A DNA stretch of 64,000 nt from an uncultured euryarchaeote. GTDB lineage: Archaea; Thermoplasmatota; Poseidoniia; Poseidoniales; Poseidoniaceae. Positions 43,245 to 52,108 of this stretch are shown here, piece after piece. A program made the translations under genes and the position numbers. Numbering within the stretch: the first letter of the stretch is position 1; each line of letters opens with the position of its first letter. The notes beneath the pieces are model-generated. The model worked only from the letters and a program-made list of their open reading frames with translations, had not been told where the DNA came from and made no database searches. The DNA lies in the NCBI GenBank assembly GCA_964001175.1, contig CAXFAS010000003.1, positions 46,335 through 110,334 of the forward strand. The letters are read 5' to 3'.

Positions 43245-43320
43245 ATGGGTTAATTTTCGAACTTTTATTGAAAATTCCATCCGTATGTTCAATAACGGTT
43301 GGCGAAAGGCTTCCCATGTT

Positions 43321-44520
43321 ATGAGTGACTACCTCAATAGAATCGGTGCAGGATTTATCATTGATAACAATGAAGTTCTGGACTTTGATTTTGTCCCTAA
43401 TGTCATCGTTGGAAGAGAAGATATTCAACGCGAATTAGCAAATAAGTTCTCTTCAATAGGCGATTTAAATTCCAGTTGTCGTGCAATAATTACCGGCCCT
43501 GTTGGAAGTGGAAAAACAGTCCTAGTCAAAACATTCTGTAGAGATTTACAAAATCATCTCGCCAACAAAAGAGAAATTCTAGTCTCCCATGTTAATTGTC
43601 GTAATGCTTCTACAAGTACTAGAGTCGTTCAAAGAATACTACATGAAATTGACCCAGGTCATCCTGATAGAGGTCTTTCAATGGGAGAATTATTACTCAG
43701 TTTAAGAAAATTAGTTCGTAGAAACTCTTCTCACTTAATCGTAGTTCTTGATGAAGTCGACCATATGCTTAGAAAATCCGGTGATGATTTGTTATATCAA
43801 CTCCTTCGAATAGATGAAGATCAACAAGGAAAAGGAACATTATCTCTAATTTTAATTAGCCAAGAGCAAGTTCTAGATGTTCTAGAAACTGCAGTGATTT
43901 CAAGAATGGGGAAAACTAATCTTTTACCAATACCACCGTATAATTATGATGGATTGATTAAAATCGCTGAACAGAGAGCAGAAATGGCTCTACATGAAGG
44001 AACTTATACCAAGGACATTATTTGTTTGATTGCTGATAAGGCAGTCCCTAGTGGAGATGCAAGATTAGTTATTGAGTTAATCAAAGCAGCAGCAGAAGCA
44101 AGTGAATTTAGACAAGATGCTCATACTGAAAGAGTCATCACCATCAACGATGTTCACTCACAGGACAAGATTCTCGCTGTCGAAATGATTAGTGAAATTG
44201 AAACTGTTGACGATTTAAAGCCGCATGCTATGCTTGTTCTTCTTAGCATCTGTCGAAGATTAAGGAAAAAAGAAACTATGACAACTGGTGATGTGGAAAG
44301 TTTGTATGAGGTGGTTTGTGAAGAATATGAACAAGAAATGAAGAGCCATACAACTATTTGGAAATATCTTAAGGAATTAGAAAATCGTCAAATCATTGTT
44401 TCAAGGATAGATACCATCGGTGGCGGTAGAGGGAGAACTACTCATCTTAGTATGCCGCATTTTTTACCAACAGACATTGCTAATCGGGTAGAAATGTTGC
44501 TAAAAAAACGACTGAAATGA
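43321..44520 (+). CDS. orc1: Orc1/Cdc6 replication initiator
   Basis: FVPNVIVGREDIQRELANKF, then Walker A ITGPVGSGKTVL, then Walker B VVLDEVD and a C-terminal winged helix. Start moved to MSDYLNR to avoid overlapping dph2. Confidence 0.8.
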   Translation: MSDYLNRIGAGFIIDNNEVLDFDFVPNVIVGREDIQRELANKFSSIGDLNSSCRAIITGPVGSGKTVLVKTFCRDLQNHLANKREILVSHVNCRNASTSTRVVQRILHEIDPGHPDRGLSMGELLLSLRKLVRRNSSHLIVVLDEVDHMLRKSGDDLLYQLLRIDEDQQGKGTLSLILISQEQVLDVLETAVISRMGKTNLLPIPPYNYDGLIKIAEQRAEMALHEGTYTKDIICLIADKAVPSGDARLVIELIKAAAEASEFRQDAHTERVITINDVHSQDKILAVEMISEIETVDDLKPHAMLVLLSICRRLRKKETMTTGDVESLYEVVCEEYEQEMKSHTTIWKYLKELENRQIIVSRIDTIGGGRGRTTHLSMPHFLPTDIANRVEMLLKKRLK

Positions 44521-44596
44521 TTTTTTAATGGCTTCAAACCATGCGGTGAGGCTAAATACGGGTCGATGTTCGGCAAGGTGTCTTAGAGTGATTACT

Positions 44597-45088
44597 ATGG
44601 CTGTCGGTCAACAAGGAGAATTCGTAGCTGTCGTTAACGACACAAACCCAAAGAGTAGCGGTAAAGCCTACTCATTGAAGATTTCTGGTAACAACCATTC
44701 ACAATTACTAGGTAAGAAAATTGGAGATGTCATAGATGGGATTTTCGTTGGAGAAGGAGAACAAACTCTTTCCGGATACAAATTACAAATTACAGGCGGC
44801 TCTGATAAAACTGGAACACCACTAAGAAGAGATCTCGATGGTGGGTCAAGACAAGCAGTTCTAGTAACACGTTCAACTGGATTTAAAGGCCATAACTTGG
44901 TATTCAAAACCAAAAGTGGAGAAAAGAAAAGATTCAGATACAAACCTGATGGACTAAGAAAGAGAAGAAACTTTAGAGGAAATACAATTAATCAAGATAC
45001 TAGACAGATCAATCTAAAGGTTGTCGAATCTGGAAAAAAATCCTTGAGTGACATTCTTACTTCACCAAGTGAGGAAGCATCGGAGTGA
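44597..45088 (+). CDS. rps6e: 30S ribosomal protein S6e
   Basis: GGSDKTGTPLRRDLDGGSRQAVLVTRSTGFKGH is the S6e signature. Start moved to MAVGQQGEF. Confidence 0.8.
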   Translation: MAVGQQGEFVAVVNDTNPKSSGKAYSLKISGNNHSQLLGKKIGDVIDGIFVGEGEQTLSGYKLQITGGSDKTGTPLRRDLDGGSRQAVLVTRSTGFKGHNLVFKTKSGEKKRFRYKPDGLRKRRNFRGNTINQDTRQINLKVVESGKKSLSDILTSPSEEASE

Positions 45089-45126
45089 ATCCCGAGAGGG
45101 TTATCGTAAATTAGAGGAGGGAGCAA

Positions 45127-46365
45127 ATGTCAAGAAAGCTTCCTTCACAACCTACTGTCAACATAGGGCTTGTTGGTCATGTTGACCATGGAAAAACCAC
45201 TCTTACCAAGGCCCTATCTGGAATTTGGACTGATACACACTCTGAAGAAAGAAAACGTGGTATTTCTATCAAATTAGGATATGCAGATACTGCATTTTAC
45301 AAAACTAAAGATGGTACTTTCTATCCTTCAGGAAGGCACCCTGAAGGAAAAGAAGATTCTGAAAAAGAATTACAAAGAGTTGTTTCTTTTGTTGATGCAC
45401 CAGGTCACGAGACTCTGATGGCAATTATGATCACAGGCGCTTCTATTATGGATGGAGCCCTGCTAATGGTCGCCGCTAATGAGCAGTGTCCACAACCTCA
45501 AACTAGAGAACATCTTATGGCTCTAAATATATCTGGAATTAAGAATATTATTGTAGTTCAAAATAAGATTGACCTTGTAACAAAGGAAAGAGCGGTTGAA
45601 TCATATAATGAAATTAAACAATTTCTAAAAGGGACTGTTGCAGAAGATTCACCTGTTATTCCGGTTTCAGCCCACCATGATGTTAATCTAGATGTTCTAA
45701 TCGATGCTATTGAGACAACTATCCCTACCCCCGATAGAAGTGAAGATTCTCGAGCAATAATGCATATTGCACGTTCTTTTGACATAAACAGACCAGGAAC
45801 AAGACCTACAAAGATGCGTGGAGGAGTTATTGGTGGCAGTATAGTTGAAGGCGAATTCAAAATAGGGGATGAAATCGAAATCGGTCCTGGAAGAAAGATC
45901 GAAAAGGGCTCAAAGACACATTGGGAACCTATTTCAGCAACGGTTAGTAGTATGCAAGGCGGTGGAAATAATCTAGAATTAATGCATGCTGGAGGGCTCT
46001 GTGGAATGGCAACTGAACTAGACCCATCAATTACTACATCTGATAATTTATCCGGTCAAGTAGTGGCTTTGAAGGGAAATCTTCCTGAAGTTCGCTCAAA
46101 AATTAGTATTTCAGTTGATCTAATGGAACATATGGTTGGCGGAGATGGAAGTAATGCAGATAAAATTCATCCACTAAGGAATAACGAGATGTTGATGATT
46201 AATGTCGCTACTGCTACTTCTGTTGGTATTACTAGAAATGCTGAAAAGAAAAAAACTAATCTAGAATTAAGATTACCAATATGTGTAGACCCAGGGCAAA
46301 GAGTTTCTCTTTCTCGCAGAATTGGCTCTAGATGGCGACTGATAGGCTATGGTATAATCCAGTAG
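45127..46365 (+). CDS. eif2g: Translation initiation factor 2 subunit gamma (aIF2-gamma)
   Basis: NIGLVGHVDHGKTTLTKAL, DAPGH and NKIDL GTPase motifs, plus zinc-knuckle cysteines. Confidence 0.9.
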   Translation: MSRKLPSQPTVNIGLVGHVDHGKTTLTKALSGIWTDTHSEERKRGISIKLGYADTAFYKTKDGTFYPSGRHPEGKEDSEKELQRVVSFVDAPGHETLMAIMITGASIMDGALLMVAANEQCPQPQTREHLMALNISGIKNIIVVQNKIDLVTKERAVESYNEIKQFLKGTVAEDSPVIPVSAHHDVNLDVLIDAIETTIPTPDRSEDSRAIMHIARSFDINRPGTRPTKMRGGVIGGSIVEGEFKIGDEIEIGPGRKIEKGSKTHWEPISATVSSMQGGGNNLELMHAGGLCGMATELDPSITTSDNLSGQVVALKGNLPEVRSKISISVDLMEHMVGGDGSNADKIHPLRNNEMLMINVATATSVGITRNAEKKKTNLELRLPICVDPGQRVSLSRRIGSRWRLIGYGIIQ

Positions 46366-46375
46366 AGGATTTTTT

Positions 46376-46756
46376 ATGTCTCAAAGCATTATTGTAGATG
46401 CTTGTGGATGGGTTGCAGTAATTGATTCGGGAATAAATATTGATCTAGAATTAGAAAAAATATTTGGATCATTTGAATTAATCTTATTAGAATCTGTATT
46501 AGATGAATTAAAAGAAATTGAAAATGATAGGCCAAAAAGAAAGACATTATTGATTTCAATGCTGGAAAGTAAATCTATATTCATAGAAAATAGTGAATTC
46601 ACACATACTGATGATCAAATATATTCAATCTCAGAACAATCTGATTATGCGGTACTAACAGTAGATAAAGAATTAAAAAAGCGTCTCTACAAATCCTCAA
46701 TTAAAGTAATTGAGGTAAATAAAAATAATCATCTAAATATTATTGAAAATCTATAG
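46376..46756 (+). CDS. PIN-domain protein (the conserved neighbour of aIF2-gamma)
   Basis: IIVDACGWVAVIDSG N-terminal PIN motif with acidic residues. Matches the conserved archaeal gene order rps6e-eif2g-PIN. Confidence 0.55.
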   Translation: MSQSIIVDACGWVAVIDSGINIDLELEKIFGSFELILLESVLDELKEIENDRPKRKTLLISMLESKSIFIENSEFTHTDDQIYSISEQSDYAVLTVDKELKKRLYKSSIKVIEVNKNNHLNIIENL

Positions 46757-46759
46757 AAG

Positions 46760-47059
46760 TTATGGTAGAGTGAATAAAACATCATCTCCATGACCGTCTA
46801 AAAATCCTAATTTAACACCAGCATCGATCCATGCATGGGCATAATTAATTGCTCCAAAAGCCCTTACTAAATCTCCCTTGTTTAGAAAATGACGAGCATC
46901 ATAAGCATAGTCATCAGCCATTCTTAGTAAAATAACTAATTTATCAGCATCCAGAGTATCTTTTTCTACTAAAGGAGTAGCCTTTTTCCTCGCTCTATCT
47001 GTAATATCAAGATATTTCTCAACCCTTTCTTGAGTTACTTTCTCTAAATCTTCACTCAT
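46760..47059 (-). CDS. DUF357-family small archaeal protein
   Basis: 99 aa that resembles DUF357 from memory. Its start overlaps the upstream gene's stop by 4 nt. Confidence 0.35.
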   Translation of the reverse strand: MSEDLEKVTQERVEKYLDITDRARKKATPLVEKDTLDADKLVILLRMADDYAYDARHFLNKGDLVRAFGAINYAHAWIDAGVKLGFLDGHGDDVLFTLP

Positions 47060-48102
47060 TCTCCATCCTCCTTTTGTCTCTTTAATAGACGCCTTACATC
47101 TTCACTTCTACCTAGAGACTGGTATAATTCAACAGCAAGAGACAGCCTTCCTTCATCTTCTGCGTTTTGGGCTCTTTGGAATATTGCCTTTCTATCATCC
47201 CAATTCTTTGCTAGAGCAGCATCTGCTGCAGCCTTATACCTACTTTCTCTTTCTGATTGAGCTAAATGAGGAGCAGTCCAAAATCGTACCAATCCTTGTC
47301 TAGTTGCTGAGACCATTGAATCTGCAGTTAAGGCTTCAAGCATATCGCCTAAATTCATGCCCCTACCTAATTCTGTAACTTCTTTTTGCTGACTACTTGA
47401 AATATGAATTAAATGTCCCTCAATTCCCAATACCCACCAACCATCTCCGCATCTTATACCTTCCATTGGCTCTAAAGAATCTGATTGTAATCGTTCTATA
47501 TTATCCCATCCAAATGGGTGAGGGATTCCTTCCCAAATCTCTCCATTACTTGATTGAAGTAGTAATCTTCCTGCTGAAATATTTGTCACCCAACTCCATA
47601 TCCTTTCTTCAAGTATACGCTTTTGATATTTTTGAGCGAGTTTACCACAACATAATTTTCCATCGCTCGACTGCCATAGTAAATGTTCTCTGTCTAACCA
47701 TCCAACTAGTCTGCGAACTTTACCGCTATCAAAACGGCGGATACCTTTGCCTTCATGAGTGAAAAGGTGTAATTGACCTTCTCTTCCAGATAAAATCCAT
47801 CCTCCTCCAGGCCTTGATGAAATATCAGTAAATCCTCCAAATGTTGATCTACCTTCATGAATCATACTCCCATCTATTGTTGATATTACGTAAAATCCAT
47901 GAGCTGCTAGTACTGCTAAAACTCCGTTATTTGCATCCATGGCATGGACTTTAAATGGCATATCTATCTTCCAACGGACTTCACCATTAGATTCAATTAA
48001 GACTAATTCAAGTCCACTGCTAATAGCAACTCCACCTTCAACTGAAGCAATACAAGCGATTCTAGTTGGTGCTTGCCAAGACCAAGAAATAGTCCAAGTC
48101 AT
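47056..48102 (-). CDS. Beta-propeller (PQQ/WD-like) protein with C-terminal helical, TPR-like tail
   Basis: Repeated Trp/Gly-containing blade-like segments (SNGEVRW, GGGWILSG, SSDGKL, SSNGEIWEG, GDGWWVLG) and a C-terminal helical region. Start and stop overlap both flanking genes. Confidence 0.4.
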   Translation of the reverse strand: MTWTISWSWQAPTRIACIASVEGGVAISSGLELVLIESNGEVRWKIDMPFKVHAMDANNGVLAVLAAHGFYVISTIDGSMIHEGRSTFGGFTDISSRPGGGWILSGREGQLHLFTHEGKGIRRFDSGKVRRLVGWLDREHLLWQSSDGKLCCGKLAQKYQKRILEERIWSWVTNISAGRLLLQSSNGEIWEGIPHPFGWDNIERLQSDSLEPMEGIRCGDGWWVLGIEGHLIHISSSQQKEVTELGRGMNLGDMLEALTADSMVSATRQGLVRFWTAPHLAQSERESRYKAAADAALAKNWDDRKAIFQRAQNAEDEGRLSLAVELYQSLGRSEDVRRLLKRQKEDGE

Positions 48103-49922
48103 TACTCAACACCTCCAATCAATCCCCATGCAGTCAATTGAGCTCTAGCAGCTTGTGTTAATTGGAAGTAACGACTACGTCCAACTGTTCGAACATTCAA
48201 AATACCAGATTTCAATAACCTATTGCTGATTTGAGATAATCTTGGCCTTTTTATTTTTAATTCATTCAGTATCTCCTTGTCAGAAGGTGAATATCTCCTC
48301 TGTTGGGCAATTGAAACTACATAAGATTCGCTATTTGAAAGAGAGGATAGAACGAGAGGGTTCAATGTGAAATCTTGCTTTTCACCTTGCTTTTCTCTAC
48401 GCATTTTAGATAATGCTTCAGCTAATCTATTAGTATTTGAGGAACCTGAATCTGAAGACACATTGGTTATCAATAAATCATGTAATGCCTTGATTAGCGG
48501 AGATAGTTGGTCGTAATTATGATTTTGAGAATTATCTATTTCATTAATTTGATCTAGTTCTTGATATTCATTTACTATCTCACCCAAATCTAATGATTGT
48601 TCTGAATCAAATTCAGGTAGTCCTATCTCATCATGAATCAATGCTGCAGAATCTTCTTCTGAATAATCCGTTTCAATCATTGGTGGTTCGATTAAATCTT
48701 TAGAAACCCATAACTCTGCGCCTTTAGATTGATCATCTTTTACCATTTCTCTGGGGCCATCATCTGCTTCTGCAGAGAAATCTCTTGTTCTACCGAGTAA
48801 AGCGTTGAATGTACCAGCATTAATTGAAGGTCTAGGATTAGAATCTACAATTATTATTTCTTCATTATCAGGTGTTGCTGAAAATGTGAATTCTTCTATT
48901 GGTTGATCTTCTAACTTAGAATCCGATAATTCTTCTAAATCAAGATCAAAACCAAAAATATCTGATACCTCTACCGATGGAATACTATTATCGTTAACTG
49001 GTTCCCTTTGTTGCCAAGGTATTGAAGCGTCAATAATATCAGCATCTAATTCATCTAATTGAACCTCTTGTATTTCTTCAGGTAAATGATTGATACTAGA
49101 CTCATGTATAATTTCATCCTCTTGTTCGGACTTATAATTACTATTGATTAAATCATATTCTGTTTTATAATTCTGCTCTGATGGATTTGAATGTATGGAT
49201 TGATCTATTGAATCTCGCATATAGCGAATCACTTCTGATGGTTTACCTCCACTAATTGAATGTATATTTTGTGCGTCTTCTGATGATAGTTTAAACTCTT
49301 TAGAAGTTACAGAAGAAACTCTTTTCTCGACTAAAACTTTAACTTCATCTACTGATAATGGCTCAAGTGTTTCAATACTGGCGAAACTGTGTAAGATACT
49401 ATCCGGTAAATTACTACGCTGTTTAGGTTCAATTACTACAACAATAACAGCTTGTAATCTTTCTAATGAGGGTAATGCGTCACGCAATGCAACAGTCATC
49501 ACCGATGTCTCCACTGTCGGCATATCGATTACTATCAACGGAATCTTTGATTCATAGGTCCTAGATGCTTCAACAATTTTGTGAACTAATTCATTCCTAC
49601 TTTTTGGAATATTATAATCAATTAGTTCAGAGTATAAATTTTCAAGAAGACTATGGGCTGGATTAGATGCTGAGATATGATCAATGTGGACATAAACAGG
49701 GGCTTCGCTAGCCGAACAGCGAAGTAAGGAAGTTCTACCAGAACCCATTTCTCCAACTAATAATAATCTACGGTTAGATCTAAAATTAATATGTCTAGAA
49801 ATCCTCCCTCTAATATCTAAACGACCTACGTAAAGGGATTTTTGACCTGTTTCCAATGGACTGGTTGAAAATGGATTACCTCTCAATACAGGAAAATCAA
49901 TCTGTAACCCCTTCACTCGCAT
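48102..49922 (-). CDS. Divergent Orc1/Arch_ATPase-like P-loop protein with acidic linker and C-terminal winged helix
   Basis: NPFSTSPL...YVGR...LLLVGEMGSGRTSLLR reads as an Arch_ATPase/Orc1-like start with Walker A Lys replaced by Arg. Walker-B-like LIVIDMP follows. A Glu/Asp/Ser-rich low-complexity linker of about 250 aa separates this from a C-terminal ISNRLLKSGILNVRTVGRSRYFQL resembling the Orc1 wH DNA-binding motif. Confidence 0.5.
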   Translation of the reverse strand: MRVKGLQIDFPVLRGNPFSTSPLETGQKSLYVGRLDIRGRISRHINFRSNRRLLLVGEMGSGRTSLLRCSASEAPVYVHIDHISASNPAHSLLENLYSELIDYNIPKSRNELVHKIVEASRTYESKIPLIVIDMPTVETSVMTVALRDALPSLERLQAVIVVVIEPKQRSNLPDSILHSFASIETLEPLSVDEVKVLVEKRVSSVTSKEFKLSSEDAQNIHSISGGKPSEVIRYMRDSIDQSIHSNPSEQNYKTEYDLINSNYKSEQEDEIIHESSINHLPEEIQEVQLDELDADIIDASIPWQQREPVNDNSIPSVEVSDIFGFDLDLEELSDSKLEDQPIEEFTFSATPDNEEIIIVDSNPRPSINAGTFNALLGRTRDFSAEADDGPREMVKDDQSKGAELWVSKDLIEPPMIETDYSEEDSAALIHDEIGLPEFDSEQSLDLGEIVNEYQELDQINEIDNSQNHNYDQLSPLIKALHDLLITNVSSDSGSSNTNRLAEALSKMRREKQGEKQDFTLNPLVLSSLSNSESYVVSIAQQRRYSPSDKEILNELKIKRPRLSQISNRLLKSGILNVRTVGRSRYFQLTQAARAQLTAWGLIGGVE

Positions 49923-49973
49923 AACTCAGCAATTATGAATAGGTATTTGATGTTTCACCTGAAAATATGGTCC

Positions 49974-50084
49974 AAGACACCCGTTACTAAGCGTCAATCA
50001 AGAAGCGGTGGTGTCTTTGAGGGGTCGAATAACGAGTTGTTAACGCATTCTTAACGCGTTAGTTTTCCCGTTAATCCCGTTAAA
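49974..50084. promoter_or_regulatory. Hairpin, palindrome and arrayed TTAACG/CGTTAA half-sites in a divergent intergenic region
   Basis: 8-bp inverted repeat 49974-49981 / 50010-50017. TTAACGC at 50040 and 50051, overlapping the perfect palindrome AACGCGTT at 50053-50060. CCCGTTAA tandem at 50067 and 50076. An AATTATAA TATA-like box at 50101. Confidence 0.45.
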
Positions 50085-50155
50085 TTTCAAATTTCCCAGA
50101 AATTATAACTCCCACCATAAATACTCAGTTGAGTCGATTTTAGACGATTACTTAA

Positions 50156-51490
50156 TTGCCCAAGTCACCTGCAGAACACTGGGGAGAACATTTGCCAGTA
50201 GAAAATAGTCGTTTGAGCGGTTTTTTCCGCCATAGCGTACAAGAAAGGCGTAATTTAGTGAAGAAATTGGCTGATTTAACCGATGAACAAGTCCAAGCAT
50301 TAGCTGCAAATGGTGAACTGGATGACGATTCAGCAGATAGAATGATTGAAAATGTTATTGGAACGATGTCTTTACCTGTAGGAATCGCAACTAACTTTGT
50401 TATCGATGGAAAGCATTACTTGATACCATTCTGCCTTGAAGAATCAAGTGTTGTAGCCGCAGCCTCTAATATGGCTAAACGTTGCTTGAAAATGGGCGGA
50501 TTTACTACACAAAATGATGCTCCGATGATGATTGGGCAATTACAAATCCTAGAATGCCCCGATATTGAACAATCACAATTAGCAATACACCAAGCCAAAG
50601 ATGAATTAATTGAACTTTGTAATAGTTTACCTTCGACTATGGTCAAGCTCGGAGGAGGCTGCAAGAGAATAGAAACAAGGATAGTCGAGTCACTCTCTGG
50701 TCCAATGCTGATTTTGCATATTATCGTAGACTGTAGAGACGCTATGGGAGCAAATGCAGTTAATACAATGGCAGAATTAATCGCTCCAGAAGTTGAAAGG
50801 CTAACCTTGGGCAGAGTTCATTTGAAGATCTTATCTAACCTTGCAGCCCATAGATTGGCTCGAGTAGAGGCCACATTTACGCCTGAAGAACTATCTAATG
50901 ACGGCACTAAAGAAAATGGCCATGAAATTATCAAAGGAATAATTGAAGCACATCATTTTGCTCTTGCTGACCCCTTTAGAGCCGTAACCCATAACAAGGG
51001 AGTAATGAATGCCATCAGTAGTGTTTCAGTAGCTTGTGGGCAGGACTGGAGAGCAATTGAAGCAGGCTGCCACTCCTGGGCTTCTTTTGCAAATGAGAAA
51101 TATTCCTCGATGACTGATTGGAAACTTGATGATGATGGCAATTTAGTTGGTAGCATAGAGACTCCAATGGCGGTCGGGATTGTTGGTGGAGCATCCAAAG
51201 TTCACCCCGTTGCAAAGACAAATATCGCAATACTTGGTGTTAAATCTGCAAGTGAATTGGCAGGAATAATTTGTGCCGCTGGTTTAGCACAGAATCTAGG
51301 AGCACTTAGAGCTCTTGCAACGAATGGAATTCAAGCGGGGCATATGAAGTTACATTCTAGGAATATGGCAGTTAGTGCAGGAGCAGTTGGCAAGGAAATA
51401 GAGTTAGTAGCAACTAAACTCCAGTCACATGTAGGACCAAAGACCCAAACCACAGTTCAAAAGATTCTAGAAGAGATAAGGAGTCAATAA
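50156..51490 (+). CDS. hmgA: Hydroxymethylglutaryl-CoA reductase (class I, archaeal type)
   Basis: ENVIGTMSLPVGIATNF, EESSVVAAASN, DAMGANAVN and the GT(L)GG region are HMGR motifs. TTG start in the track, so the true start is uncertain. Confidence 0.8.
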   Translation: MPKSPAEHWGEHLPVENSRLSGFFRHSVQERRNLVKKLADLTDEQVQALAANGELDDDSADRMIENVIGTMSLPVGIATNFVIDGKHYLIPFCLEESSVVAAASNMAKRCLKMGGFTTQNDAPMMIGQLQILECPDIEQSQLAIHQAKDELIELCNSLPSTMVKLGGGCKRIETRIVESLSGPMLILHIIVDCRDAMGANAVNTMAELIAPEVERLTLGRVHLKILSNLAAHRLARVEATFTPEELSNDGTKENGHEIIKGIIEAHHFALADPFRAVTHNKGVMNAISSVSVACGQDWRAIEAGCHSWASFANEKYSSMTDWKLDDDGNLVGSIETPMAVGIVGGASKVHPVAKTNIAILGVKSASELAGIICAAGLAQNLGALRALATNGIQAGHMKLHSRNMAVSAGAVGKEIELVATKLQSHVGPKTQTTVQKILEEIRSQ

Positions 51491-52036
51491 TTACTCTTCT
51501 TCGAAATTAAGTTTAGACTGGATCGAACCTTCTGATTGACCTTCTTCTTTCAGTACTTCTTTTCCAACTAGCCCATCTAAAAGACCAGTGTTTTGAACTT
51601 GTTCTCTAAACCACTGCCTAACCCTTTTCCTATCTGTATAAGGGCATCCAAATGATTCAGAAAATCTTCGAGTAGTTGTAAGACGTCTAGTATTTCCATC
51701 TTTTCTACGATCAATCATCCCGTATTGGGCAAGTTCTCGAACATAATCATATGCCTTTTGACCTAATAACTCAATCAATCTAGATTGAGCCATAGGCTGA
51801 TGATAAGCAATCAGAGAAGCGGCCTTAAGCAATTTTTTAGGAAGTTCCGTTTTTGCTTCTTTAGGAAGATGTTCTGCAATATCTGGTTTTACTTCTATTG
51901 CCCACCTATCTCCAACCTCAGCAATTTGTAAAGCCCCGCCTCTTCTTCTTTTGAGAGTTGAACGTAACGAATATAATGAGTCTAACATTTCATCTTCATC
52001 ATATCCTAAAGACTCGCTTAATTCGGAAACCGTCAT
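51491..52036 (-). CDS. scpB: Segregation and condensation protein B
   Basis: Two winged-helix ScpB motifs (LKAASLIAYHQPMAQSRLIELLGQ...VRELAQYGMIDRR). Confidence 0.65.
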   Translation of the reverse strand: MTVSELSESLGYDEDEMLDSLYSLRSTLKRRRGGALQIAEVGDRWAIEVKPDIAEHLPKEAKTELPKKLLKAASLIAYHQPMAQSRLIELLGQKAYDYVRELAQYGMIDRRKDGNTRRLTTTRRFSESFGCPYTDRKRVRQWFREQVQNTGLLDGLVGKEVLKEEGQSEGSIQSKLNFEEE

Positions 52037-52108
52037 AGATTTACCAGCACCAAATAAAGTTGCTTCTAAGAGTGTATCTATTTGTATTTCTGTAATGTTA
52101 ACACTTCC

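Noticed and set aside
48102-49922. Calling the 606-aa P-loop-wH protein a second bona fide Orc1/Cdc6 initiator.
   Set aside because: Walker A is GSGRT rather than GTGKT. No clear sensor or arginine-finger motifs were recognised, and a 250-aa acidic linker is atypical. I kept it as Orc1/Arch_ATPase-like.
49990-50040. A tRNA-like T-loop sequence (GGGTCGAAT) in the intergenic region upstream of hmgA.
   Set aside because: No complementary T-stem follows, and no acceptor stem or anticodon arm could be built. I could not fold a cloverleaf in any intergenic region of the window.
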